A stretch of 64,000 nt of DNA from an uncultured delta proteobacterium (GCA_963802945.1 CAWDKY010000016.1:64001-128000); one strand, 5' to 3'; positions 44,381-54,868 are shown, numbered from the stretch's first letter. Program-made: numbers and translations. The notes: generated by a model from the letters alone, not told the origin.

Positions 44381-45967
44381 ATGGCCTATAACAATAACGG
44401 AAAATCGCTCGAATCCTGGATTTGGGATGCGGCCTGTTCCATCCGCGGGGCCAAGGATGCACCGAAATATAAGGACTATATTCTCCCGCTCATTTTTACC
44501 AAGCGCCTTTGTGATGTCTTTGATGACGAATTGAATCGCATTGCCAAGGAAGTCGGCTCCCGGGCCAAGGCCTTCAGAATGGTCAGGCAGGACAAGAAGC
44601 TGGTCCGGTTTTATTTACCCTTGGAGCCGAAGAACCCCAACGACTCGGTCTGGTCGGTCATCCGAACCGGTAAGGATACAACCAGGTCACCTGAAGATAG
44701 ATATCTGGAAAAACTGGGTCAAGAGCTGACGACCTACCTGCGGGCCATTGCCAACGCCAATCCATTACTCAAAGGGATTATTGATAGAATCGACTTCAAT
44801 GCCACCACCCACGGCCAGCGCGACCTTGATGATGATCGTCTTTCCAACCTCATTGAGAAGATCAGTCTGAAGCAACTCGGCTTGGCCGACGTGGAACCGG
44901 ACATTATCGGGCGAAGCTACGAATACCTTATCCGCAAATTTGCTGAAGGCAGCGGCCAGAGCGCCGGCGAATTCTATACACCGGCTGAAGTCGGCTTCGT
45001 CATGGCCAGGATCATGGATCCGGAACCGGGCACGGAGGTTTACGACCCTTGTTGTGGCTCAGCCGGACTGCTTATCAAATGCCAGTTGACTCTGGAAAAG
45101 AAGATGAGTCTTCGATCCAAAACCAAATATGCTCCGCTTACTCTTTACGGTCAGGAGTACGTGCCTGAAACCTGGGCCATGGCCAACATGAACATGATCA
45201 TTCATGACATGGAGGGACAGATCGAGATCGGAGATACCTTCCGCAATCCGAAGTTTCGGAAAAACAATCGCCTTCAGACCTTTGACCGGGTGGTAGCCAA
45301 TCCCATGTGGAATCAGGATTGGTTTGTAGACAAGGACTACGAGAATGACGAACTGGACCGTTTCCCGAAAGGGGCCGGGTTCCCAGGTCGCAAGGCCGAT
45401 TGGGGCTGGGTTCAGCACATGCTGGCCAGCCTGAATGAGAAAGGCCGGGCGGCTATAGTCCTCGACACCGGGGCCGCTTCCCGTGGTTCAGGCAATGCCT
45501 CCAAGAACAAGGAAAAGGAAGTCCGCAAATGGTTCGTGGAACAGGATCTGATCGAAGGGGTTATTTATCTCCCGGAAAATCTTTTTTATAATACCACGGC
45601 CCCGGGGATCATCCTTTTCCTGAACAAGGCCAAGCCGAAGGATCGAAAGAACCGCCTTTTTCTCCTTAACGCCGCCCGTGAATTTGCCAAGGGGGACCCG
45701 AAAAACTATATCACCGATGAAGGGATCATTCGGATCAGCGAAACCTTTAAGGCCTGGAAGGAAGAGAACAAGTTCTCCCGGATCGTCCTGAATGAAGAAG
45801 TAGCTAAGAACGACTACAACATTTCCCCCAGCCGTTACATTCATACAGGGGAAGGCGAGGAATACCGGCCCATTGCTGAGATTGTTGAAGAATTGAATGT
45901 CTTGGAGGAAGAGGCAAAAGCCACCGATGCCGCTCTCAAGGGTATTTTAAAGAAGCTCGGAATATGA
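44381..45967 (+). CDS. hsdM: Type I restriction-modification methyltransferase
   Basis: IWDAACSIRG, AGEFYTP, YDPCCGSAG, VVANPMW, NLFYNT. Confidence 0.95.
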   Translation: MAYNNNGKSLESWIWDAACSIRGAKDAPKYKDYILPLIFTKRLCDVFDDELNRIAKEVGSRAKAFRMVRQDKKLVRFYLPLEPKNPNDSVWSVIRTGKDTTRSPEDRYLEKLGQELTTYLRAIANANPLLKGIIDRIDFNATTHGQRDLDDDRLSNLIEKISLKQLGLADVEPDIIGRSYEYLIRKFAEGSGQSAGEFYTPAEVGFVMARIMDPEPGTEVYDPCCGSAGLLIKCQLTLEKKMSLRSKTKYAPLTLYGQEYVPETWAMANMNMIIHDMEGQIEIGDTFRNPKFRKNNRLQTFDRVVANPMWNQDWFVDKDYENDELDRFPKGAGFPGRKADWGWVQHMLASLNEKGRAAIVLDTGAASRGSGNASKNKEKEVRKWFVEQDLIEGVIYLPENLFYNTTAPGIILFLNKAKPKDRKNRLFLLNAAREFAKGDPKNYITDEGIIRISETFKAWKEENKFSRIVLNEEVAKNDYNISPSRYIHTGEGEEYRPIAEIVEELNVLEEEAKATDAALKGILKKLGI

Positions 45968-47097
45968 AGAAAAAGAATAGCTCAATAGTACAAATTCGGG
46001 ACGCACTGCGTCCCGAATTCTATAGGACCATCGCTGAAATTCTGCGGATTGCCCGTGTCAAAGCCTATCGAGCGGTCAATTTCACTATGGTTGAGGCCTA
46101 TTGGAATGTAGGTCGGATGATCGTTGAGGAGGAGCAGAAAGGGAAAGAGCGTGCAGATTATGGAATCTTTCTTATCCGTAATCTTTCAAGTTGTTTGAAA
46201 CAAGAATTTGGTAATGGCTTTACTGAGAGAAATCTGCGTAATTTTCGTCAATTTTATTTATGGTTTCCAATTCGGCACGCACTGCGTGCCGAATCTTCTG
46301 AAATTCACAAAAAAGAGCCATTACCTGACAACCCGGAGTCAATTCGGAACGCACTGCGTTCCGAATTGACCTGGACCCATTACCGGTTACTGCTCCGTGT
46401 TGAAAATCCGAAGGCTCGGGAATGGTATATGAACGAAGCCGCCGATCAGAATTGGAGTACCCGCGCCCTGGAAAGGCAGAACAACTCTTTATATTACGAA
46501 CGCCTGCGCATGAGTCGGGATAAGGCTCCGGTGAAGGCTGAAGCCATTGATAATATTTCGGCGCTTCCCGCCAAACCCGAGGATTTCATAAAGGACCCCT
46601 ATGTCCTTGAATTTCTCGGCATGCCCGATTCCCATAAATTCCGTGAATTCGAACTGGAACAGGCCATCATCGAGAAACTTCAGGAGTTCATCCTCGAACT
46701 CGGTCGCGGATTTGCTTTCGTCGCCCGCCAGAAACGTATCCCAACAGAGACGAAAGATTTCTTCGTTGATCTTGTTTTCTATAACTACATTCTTAAATGC
46801 TTTGTCTTAATTGATCTTAAAACCGGCGAACTCACCCACCAGGACATCGGCCAGATGGATATGTATGTCCGGCTTTACGAGGACAAGATGAAGGGGGAAG
46901 GTGACAACCCAACCATTGGTATCATCCTCTGCACAGAAAAAGACGCCACGGTTGTCAAATATTCCGTGTTAAAAGGGAACAAACGCCTTTTCGCCTCCAA
47001 ATATAAGCTCTACCTGCCCACCGAGCAGGAGCTGATCGAAGAAATCCAACGGGAAAAACAGCTGATTCTCAAGGAACGCCAGGAACGGTATGGATGA
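45964..47097 (+). CDS. DUF1016/YhcG-family PD-(D/E)XK protein
   Basis: YWNVG..IVEEEQ.G..RA.YG, LTWTHY, IKDPYVLEFL, LELGRGFAFVARQ, IDLK, GQMDMY. Confidence 0.93.
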   Translation: MKKKNSSIVQIRDALRPEFYRTIAEILRIARVKAYRAVNFTMVEAYWNVGRMIVEEEQKGKERADYGIFLIRNLSSCLKQEFGNGFTERNLRNFRQFYLWFPIRHALRAESSEIHKKEPLPDNPESIRNALRSELTWTHYRLLLRVENPKAREWYMNEAADQNWSTRALERQNNSLYYERLRMSRDKAPVKAEAIDNISALPAKPEDFIKDPYVLEFLGMPDSHKFREFELEQAIIEKLQEFILELGRGFAFVARQKRIPTETKDFFVDLVFYNYILKCFVLIDLKTGELTHQDIGQMDMYVRLYEDKMKGEGDNPTIGIILCTEKDATVVKYSVLKGNKRLFASKYKLYLPTEQELIEEIQREKQLILKERQERYG

Positions 47098-47279
47098 ATC
47101 TGAATTGAGAAAAAAATGAATGCAAAGAAAATAGACCTGATCCTCGGCCCTCTTATTTAAAAAAGATCGGTTTTATTTGGGGTGGAAGTGGAAGTAACGT
47201 GAGAAAGAAGAGTACCCCTTTCTCCGGTTGGACAAATTTAAACTTGAAAATTAATATTGTCCATGATAAACCTAAAGAC

Positions 47280-48515
47280 ATGATTCCTCGAACTCTGGAA
47301 CAGACCATCCGAAGGGCCCTGAAAACTTTCCCGGCTACCTTGGTGACCGGCCCGAGACAGTCAGGAAAAACCACCCTTTTAAAGGAACGGTTCGGGAAAA
47401 GTCATCATTTCATTTCTTTGGAAGACCCGGATCTTCGCCGAATGATTGAAGAAGATCCTCGCGGCTTTCTGGCCGACCATCCCCCGCCGGTCATTCTCGA
47501 TGAAATACAGTATGTTCCCCAACTTCTTCATTTCATAAAATCAGCAATTGATCGGGATCGCCGGGCAGGGCAATGGCTTCTTTCCGGATCGCAAAGTTTT
47601 TCTTTGATGCAAGGGGTCACCCAGTCCCTCTCTGGACGAGTGGCCGTTCTTTCTTTGCTCCCCCTTTCTCAGGAAGAAAAACGGGGGATTAAGGGAAAGG
47701 GTTTAACCCTGGATCAGATCTTGAGGGCAACTTTTTCACATCCGGACAAATCCTCTCAAACCCCACCGGGAAGGAAAACCCTCAACCTTGAGGATTGGAT
47801 TTTACGTGGTTGTTTTCCGGAAATTAGGACAAATCCAGAGGTCGATCGTCAACTCTGGATGGGAAGCTATATCCAGACTTATCTGGAACGCGATGTCAGG
47901 CAAATAGTTAATGTAGGGGACCTGACTACCTTCCATCGGTTTTTAAGGCTTACCGCAGCCAGAACCGGTCAAATATTGAATCTTTCCGACCTGGCCAGGG
48001 ATGTCGGGATGAGTGTTCCCACCATCAAGAAGTGGATTAGTATCCTCGAAGCCAGCTACCAGATCTTCCTTCTGCCCCCCCATTTTAACAATCTTGGCAA
48101 ACGGATAATTAAAAGCCCTAAGATTTATTTTTTAGATACCGGGGTGGCCAGCTATTTAATGGGTCTTCATAGCCCCGAACCTCTGAGAAGGGGGCCTATG
48201 ATCGGCCCCCTTTTTGAAACCATGGTGGTCTCCGAATGGGTGAAGACCTTTTACCATCGGGGAGAAAGGCCGGAGCTTTTTTATTGGCGTTCAAAGTTAG
48301 GAATGGAGGTGGACCTGATCATCGACCGCAATGGGAGGCTTTATCCCATGGAGATCAAATCAACCGCTACTTTGCTTCCAGGCCATGTAGAGGCCTTATT
48401 GAAATGGAAGGATCTGGCCGGTAAAACCGCAACACAGGGACTGGTCATAGCCAATATCGAACAACTATGGAATTATAAAGGCCTGCGAGCTCTTTCTTGG
48501 GAAAGAATATGGTAG
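47280..48515 (+). CDS. AAA_14 ATPase with DUF4143 domain
   Basis: GPRQSGKTT, ILDEIQ, LSGS, KSPKIYFLDTG, FYWR..EVD..EIKS. Confidence 0.9.
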   Translation: MIPRTLEQTIRRALKTFPATLVTGPRQSGKTTLLKERFGKSHHFISLEDPDLRRMIEEDPRGFLADHPPPVILDEIQYVPQLLHFIKSAIDRDRRAGQWLLSGSQSFSLMQGVTQSLSGRVAVLSLLPLSQEEKRGIKGKGLTLDQILRATFSHPDKSSQTPPGRKTLNLEDWILRGCFPEIRTNPEVDRQLWMGSYIQTYLERDVRQIVNVGDLTTFHRFLRLTAARTGQILNLSDLARDVGMSVPTIKKWISILEASYQIFLLPPHFNNLGKRIIKSPKIYFLDTGVASYLMGLHSPEPLRRGPMIGPLFETMVVSEWVKTFYHRGERPELFYWRSKLGMEVDLIIDRNGRLYPMEIKSTATLLPGHVEALLKWKDLAGKTATQGLVIANIEQLWNYKGLRALSWERIW

Positions 48516-48530
48516 GGTTTTATTGAATAG

Positions 48531-48615
48531 CCTGCCCACCGAGCAGGAACTGATCGAGGAAATTCAGAGGGAGAAACATTTGATCCTCAAGGAACGCCAG
48601 GAACGGCATGGATAA
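48531..48615 (+). repeat. 85-bp direct repeat of the DUF1016 gene 3' end (47013-47097)
   Basis: CCTGCCCACCGAGCAGGA..CTCAAGGAACGCCAGGAACGG; differences mostly synonymous. Confidence 0.9.
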
Positions 48616-49945
48616 GCGGATGAAGAAGACGAAACAAATTTCCTCCGTGATTCAAAAAAGTAACGTCATATCGACAGAGATTGGAAACCTTCCACGTAAT
48701 TGGCCGGTTCAGCGGTTTGATGCTATCTTTGCAGTCCAGCAAGGGAAACAGGTATCGAAGAGTAATCGGGTTGGTGAAAATCAGCGGCCATTTCTTCGGA
48801 CAAAAAATATTTTCTGGGGGAAAATCGATTTATCTGAGATTGATGAAATGCATTTTTCAGAAGCCGATGAAAGAAGATTGTCTTTAGAGCCCGGAGATTT
48901 GCTTATTTGTGAGGGCGGTGATATTGGCCGTACAGCAATTTGGCAAGCTGAACTTACCTCCTGTTACTATCAGAATCATCTTCACCGTGCACGAATAAAA
49001 GATTTAACAACTGCTGATTCAAAATTTGTTCTTTATTGGCTGTGGTACGCATTCGAGATTGGTAGTGTTTATTTTGGGAGGGGGAATGTGACCACAATCC
49101 CCAACCTCTCACAGTCTAAACTGTGCGAGCTTCCATTGCCTGTTCCCCCTTTACAAGAGCAGCAGCAAATTGCCCACATATTGGGGATTGTGCAGAGGGC
49201 TATTGAACAGCAGGAGCAGATTATTCAGAAGACCACGGAACTAAAAAAATCCCTTATGCAAAAGCTTTTTACTGAAGGCCTCCGCGGCGAACCCCAAAAA
49301 CAAACCGAAATCGGCCCAGTGCCAGAGAGTTGGGATGTGGCAAAATTTGCCGACTTGTTCCAGATTAAGCACGGCTACGCATTTGATGGGACATTTTTTA
49401 TGCCCAACGGTCATTACATACTTCTGACGCCAGGTCATTTCTTCGAAGGCGGGGGCTTTCGTGATCAGGGTGAGAAGACAAAATATTATATAGGTGATTT
49501 CCCAGCGGGCTACCTTCTCAAAAAAGAAGACCTCCTCGTAGTAATGACGGAACAGAAGGAAGGTCTTCTCGGAAGTTCGGCCCTTGTGCCAGAGTCGGAC
49601 CGTTACCTGCACAATCAGCGGCTTGGTCTGATTCAAAAATTGGATGAAACGCGTTTGCGCAAAGGCTTTCTCTACCACCTATTTAACACACCAGAGATTA
49701 GAAAACGTATCTCTATGACCGCGAGCGGCTCCAAAGTCCGACATACATCGCCAAGCAAGATTCGAGAAGTTTGTGTAGCTTTACCTCCACTAGAGGAGCA
49801 ACGTCTTTCGTTTGAGATTCTCGAATGTGTGGACAAAAGTATAGACGTGGCAAAGCGCAAGCAAACGGTGCTCAACGAACTATTCCGCACGCTTTTACAC
49901 CAGTTAATGTCAGTACAATTGGAGGACAAAAGATATGCCTGTTAA
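48608..49945 (+). CDS. hsdS: Type I restriction-modification specificity subunit
   Basis: Two TRDs; TEIG.LP.NW, PPLQEQQQIA, LKKSLMQKLFT, TEIGPVPESW, PPLEEQ. Confidence 0.93.
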   Translation: MDKRMKKTKQISSVIQKSNVISTEIGNLPRNWPVQRFDAIFAVQQGKQVSKSNRVGENQRPFLRTKNIFWGKIDLSEIDEMHFSEADERRLSLEPGDLLICEGGDIGRTAIWQAELTSCYYQNHLHRARIKDLTTADSKFVLYWLWYAFEIGSVYFGRGNVTTIPNLSQSKLCELPLPVPPLQEQQQIAHILGIVQRAIEQQEQIIQKTTELKKSLMQKLFTEGLRGEPQKQTEIGPVPESWDVAKFADLFQIKHGYAFDGTFFMPNGHYILLTPGHFFEGGGFRDQGEKTKYYIGDFPAGYLLKKEDLLVVMTEQKEGLLGSSALVPESDRYLHNQRLGLIQKLDETRLRKGFLYHLFNTPEIRKRISMTASGSKVRHTSPSKIREVCVALPPLEEQRLSFEILECVDKSIDVAKRKQTVLNELFRTLLHQLMSVQLEDKRYAC

Positions 49946-52900
49946 TGACGAGGAACGTACTCAGTCTGTACCAGAAGAAGAGGCCTTAAGAATGATCGGT
50001 GAACTTACTCTAGGCCTTCATATGAATCATTCAAAGGAATTGAATTGTGGCTTACCTGCAGAAAGGCAATGGACTTCGTCACAAATAAATTCGTCTGATT
50101 TTTTTATAGAGGAGAATATCGTTCGATTTCCATCAATTGAGGCACGCAACCGTTTTATTGCTTCGTATGTATTCGAGAAAAATCGGCAGGCATTTGCAAA
50201 AAACCCCCAAATGTGGCTCACAACAGCTAAAGATCTATGGCGGTGCGAGATTGGCAATCAAGATACTGCATCAGGACGCCTTCTGGCATTTGTGCATAAG
50301 GAGGAAAATTTATTTGCCATTGCGATAAATGCGATTGAAGAAGAATTAATGGAGGTCTTTGATGTCCTTCATTTAATCGAAGCAGCACTACCATATCTTG
50401 ATGATTTAACAGCCGATCAGATTCTCAAACTCTGCAATGTTCAGCATGAAAAGACAAAAAACGATTTTGCTGGCGGTATGTTTTTCAATAAACTCGAGAA
50501 AACTCTGGTAAATCATCAAGATATTTGTCGGACGATACATGACCGCCTCAGACTGGATCCCCTTGAGACAACAATTAACCTGCACCCGGTTGTTCTTATA
50601 GCACTTTCTAAGTCAGAGTTGGAGAGTGCAGTTAAACTTGCCCTTATAGATACACAATCTTCAAATATAATTCTTAAAAGCAAGGCTTTGTGGACCCTTG
50701 GGCTCTTACTCTCCTCACCGGCTGATTTGAAGGAAATGATACCAACTGTTTCATCTACTATCATTAATAATATGTCAGATCCGATTGAAAAAGTGCGTAC
50801 AACAGCGATTTATGCTGCCGCCAATGCCGTTATGATTGCTGATGCATTTATTGAACCTCTAAGTAAATTAGCTGAAGCCGATAATCAAGATGCACTTGCT
50901 GCAATTGCTAATATAATGATGCTCAATATAAAGGAGATGAAAACCAAGGCCTTTTTTAATGAATGGGTTAAACTTCTTTGCAAGCTGACACCTCAATCAA
51001 ACTTGGCTATCGACAATTTAGATCAGATACTAAGACAGCTATTATCTGAGGAAGGTCACCAAAAATTTGTTATTTCTTGTTTGACTGAATGGGCCGAACT
51101 CAATTCAAAAGACATCCACCGAGATAAGTCTATTCCAGAATTGTTTGATGGGACTATGTATGAATTAGTAAATCAACCAGTTTTACTTTCCCAGATGATT
51201 ACCGAGTGGTTTCTTTCAGATTTCAAACAACTAGCCTCTGCAGCGGCTGGAGTCCTGTCCCATTTGCTAGTTAGGGGATTAAAAAACCCCGAATTTGATC
51301 CTCAACGATTAGATACTCTGGATCAAAAAGATTTGGTATTCTTGGCAAGGCGAATGTTGGGTTATGTTTCCTCTGAAGAACATCTATTGTCATTAACGAT
51401 GTCTTTTCTCAAAACTAAAAATGCCGAAACAAGAACTTTTGGTATCGTTCATTCCTTGTTATAGTGAACGTCTTAAATAAGTGGACATAAAGATTTTATC
51501 TTTTGAGGTTTCCATCGTTGCGACCTTTTAAAGACAGAGACCTCCAGGGTTTCAAGAGTCTCAAAAAAGGCATTCGTTGTTTCCTCATAGCGCATGGTTC
51601 GCCAAAGAGTTTCTTGATAATTCAGCTCCGGATGGTAGGGCGGAAGATAGTGAAGATGCACTCGACGGTGTTGACTCCGAAAGTGCTCCACCATCTCTCC
51701 CCTGTGCCATGGGGCTCGATCTATCCAAAGATCGATACTCTTATCTTTGAAACGTATCATGATGCTTTTGAGAAGCCGCATAAAGCCCTCGGTATTGCCC
51801 TTCCTCCATTTCATCATGCCATGCAGCCCATCAACGGGAGCGACCCATCCAAAGAGATTAAGCCGCTTCTGATGTTGGCTCCGGGTGGAGACGTACGGTT
51901 GCGTTCCTTTCTTTACCCAGACACGACCCAGCCTCGGATGAAGACTAAACCCGCTTTCGTCCTCAAACAGAATGATTCTTCTTCCTTCGCTCTTTTCGGC
52001 CTGGCGGAGTTTTTTTTAATTCCCTCTGAAATGCCTCTACCCCTTCCTGGGAAGCCTGAACAAACCGGTACATCGGCTGCCTCAGGGAATACCCCAACTG
52101 ACGTATCCACCGTTGGGCATGGCGGACATGGATGGTTATGCGATGAAAACGCTTCAAATATTCCGTCAAGACCACCCCATCCCACCGGACCCGGGCAATG
52201 CCATAGTCTTTCGGAGACTTGGACAAGACCACGTCCAGTTCCCTCTTCAAGCGATCATCCAAGTGGGAAGGCCGGCCAGGGCGAAATCGATCGCGGACAG
52301 CCCCAATTCCCTCCTCGTTGCTCTTATGAATCCATTTCACCACCGTCCACCGGGTCAACCCGAACAGTTCGGCAACAGCCGTGGATTTCCACCCGGCCAA
52401 GAGCAGAAGATAACCGGCGATCCGCATGCCGATCCAAGCTCCCGGAATTTCATCGGCCATTCGTAACAAGGTCTCTCGCGTCATCTTTGGGTGATCGAGG
52501 CTTAGAGCTTTCATGGCTTTCCTCCCAATGTGATTTTATTGGGAGTCATTATAGCATGGAATGCACATAATGTCTACTTATTTATGGCGTTAACTATAAT
52601 TGACGAAATTGGCGAGGATTATCCTGAATCTACAATCGATATATTAAAGAAAGCTAAGGACAATTTGACAGAGCCTGATTGGATAAATTTTTATTCTTTT
52701 ATTGTTGATGAAATAGAAGGACATTTAAAATCTCTCGAAACTTTACCAAACCTTGTAGAGTTAAGACCATCACCAAGTCTCCAGCGTAAATTTGCATTAG
52801 CTCGCGAAAAACAAATGAACAATGCAACTGAGGAGGCCCAAAAAAAATCCATTATCCGCCAACTCGCCACGGAGATCCCAATAAAGGCGGGACATGCATG

Positions 52901-53051
52901 GTTCAGCTTCCGAGAAGGGAGTTATACCAACTCAAGCTATATGCAATCATTTTCCCATTCGGTCACACTACCCCGACGGCATGTCCTTGACTCTGTGGGA
53001 TACGATATAAGTCATCTTTTTATGCGACTTGCCAAGCGGGAGGATGCATGA
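49935..53051 (+). pseudogene. ~659-aa alpha-helical (HEAT/ARM-like) hypothetical protein interrupted by IS630
   Basis: Removing the IS and one TA joins ..GIVHSLL to IDEIGEDYP.. in frame; HEAT-like segments (SSNIILKSKALWTLG, SDPIEKVRTTAIYAAAN). Confidence 0.75.
51462..52596 (-). mobile_element. IS630-family insertion sequence
   Basis: Imperfect TIRs TAGTGAACGTCTTAAATAAGTGGACAT / TAGTTAACGCCATAAATAAGTAGACAT, TA duplication, HTH ORF plus DDE frame (FEDESGF, IDRAPWH, LPPYHPELNYQE) joined across an A8 run near 52010-52017. Confidence 0.93.
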
Positions 53052-54784
53052 GATTAATCCTATCCCAATATCTTCGGTCACTTAAAGAGCGCAATGAATT
53101 TGACAGTCTCCTTCCAAATATTTTGCTCGCAATGGGTTATGTCCCAATCTCAAAACCACAAACCGGAATCCGTCAGTACGGGGTTGATTTAGCAGCAGTA
53201 GGAAATGCACCTGAGGATGGGGTTCAGGAATTGATATTAATGGTTATAAAACGAGGAGACATAGGGCGAAATGAGTGGGATTCTGGACCGCAATCTGTTC
53301 GACAGAGTCTGAACGAAATCTTTGATGTTTACCTTAAAACGCATGTTGAACCCGCACATGAGCCACTTAGGAAAAAAGTCGTCTTAGCAACGACAGGGGA
53401 TCTTAAGCAAGATACACAGATCAATTGGGACAATTATGCAAGGGAGCATTCTGATCGCGCTGTGTTTAATTTTTGGAGTGGAGATTGCATCGCCATCATT
53501 GTAGAACAACACATGCTTAACGAGTATGTATTTAGCGCGGAAGACCGCACGAATTTAAGAAAATCCCTCGCCCTAGCAGGAGAACTTGAATATGAACAAA
53601 GGGATCTCCATCGCTTGTTCCTTCGACAACTTGGCCTGAATTATGAAGGGGAGCTTTTAGAACTGAAAGTTCTTCCCCGTAATTTAGTCAAAGCCTTACG
53701 TGTTATTAATTTGTCATCTCAGATGTTCTCACGATGGTCCGAAGATGAAAATAATTTGAAACAGTCATTAACGGCCTCAGAACGGGCGATGCTTTGGTCT
53801 TGGCATCGTATCCAACTTGAAGAAATAGAAGACAGACAACAGTACTATCAAGAGTTTAACAATCTATGGCAAAGTTATAAAAGGGTAGCACATCAATATT
53901 TTCAGAAATTACAGTCCCATTTATACGTGCGAGATGGTCTATCCGGGTACTGCCGAGAAAACGCTCAGTTTTCCCTAATTGTTTTTGAGCAAATTGGTCT
54001 AATTGCATCAATTGGACTTTCCCAATTTTTGGCAGTTAGTGACAAGGAAACTCAAAAAGATGGATTTAAAAATGCCAATGTAGTCGCTGATGGGTTGGCC
54101 AACCTGCTAAAAAATAATCCCGTTTCCGGCTCTCCAAGACTCGACAATAATATAGTTGATATTGTGCTCGGTATGCTACTTCTGTTTTTTACGGGCCATA
54201 TTTCTCAGGCTCAAACTTGGCTTGCCGAATTGGTGAAAAGAATCGACTACACCTTAAAAATTAAACGAAGTTTCCCAATCTGCACAGATTCACCCGAAGA
54301 TCTCGTCGAATCAATTGTTTTCGAGGACGAAGAGTTTAATAAACGCTTAATGAAAATGTCTTGGTTATTACCAACACTCGCGGGATTTTCTGTAATTCTT
54401 AATCGATATGATCTCTATGAAGTTTTATCAAAGAATTCAAAGAAAGATTATCCTGAGGTTTGCCTTCAGTTATGGCATCCAACAAGCCAGGAAATTTCGA
54501 AACATCTTTATTATTGGGGCGCCCAATACCATTGTGGGGAGACGGAAGCCCCTATCATATTGCCGGAAACCGCGGGCGAGTATCGAACCCAAATGGAAGC
54601 CCTTCTTAAGTCAGAACGGCATAATGTTGTGAACACATCAACGGCAGCGAAGGCAGGAATCCCGGCGATTGATTTAATTGCCTGTAGACATTTTAGAACC
54701 CCTGTTGCTCCATTCTTCTGGTATCAGCTCTTACAAGTCAAAAATTTTAGCCCGAAGCAGGAGGATTTAGTTGCACCCCAATAG
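53048..54784 (+). CDS. 578-aa hypothetical protein with N-terminal restriction-endonuclease-like (PD-(D/E)XK) domain
   Basis: E..EF..L...L..MGY, QYGVDLAAVG, LMVIKRGDI, KKVVLATTG; ATGA overlap with the upstream gene. Confidence 0.7.
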   Translation: MRLILSQYLRSLKERNEFDSLLPNILLAMGYVPISKPQTGIRQYGVDLAAVGNAPEDGVQELILMVIKRGDIGRNEWDSGPQSVRQSLNEIFDVYLKTHVEPAHEPLRKKVVLATTGDLKQDTQINWDNYAREHSDRAVFNFWSGDCIAIIVEQHMLNEYVFSAEDRTNLRKSLALAGELEYEQRDLHRLFLRQLGLNYEGELLELKVLPRNLVKALRVINLSSQMFSRWSEDENNLKQSLTASERAMLWSWHRIQLEEIEDRQQYYQEFNNLWQSYKRVAHQYFQKLQSHLYVRDGLSGYCRENAQFSLIVFEQIGLIASIGLSQFLAVSDKETQKDGFKNANVVADGLANLLKNNPVSGSPRLDNNIVDIVLGMLLLFFTGHISQAQTWLAELVKRIDYTLKIKRSFPICTDSPEDLVESIVFEDEEFNKRLMKMSWLLPTLAGFSVILNRYDLYEVLSKNSKKDYPEVCLQLWHPTSQEISKHLYYWGAQYHCGETEAPIILPETAGEYRTQMEALLKSERHNVVNTSTAAKAGIPAIDLIACRHFRTPVAPFFWYQLLQVKNFSPKQEDLVAPQ

Positions 54785-54868
54785 ACATAAAACCATCTAA
54801 GTCTGTATCCCTACATATGTTTAGGAGATTGACTAGAATTTTTTTTATAAGGAAGGGCTGGGCATATT

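Noticed and set aside
45993-46368. CRISPR array from the 27-bp palindromes
   Set aside because: Irregular spacing, in frame within a CDS, and no cas genes.
51503-52570. 355-aa plus-strand ORF
   Set aside because: Antisense shadow of the IS630 transposase.
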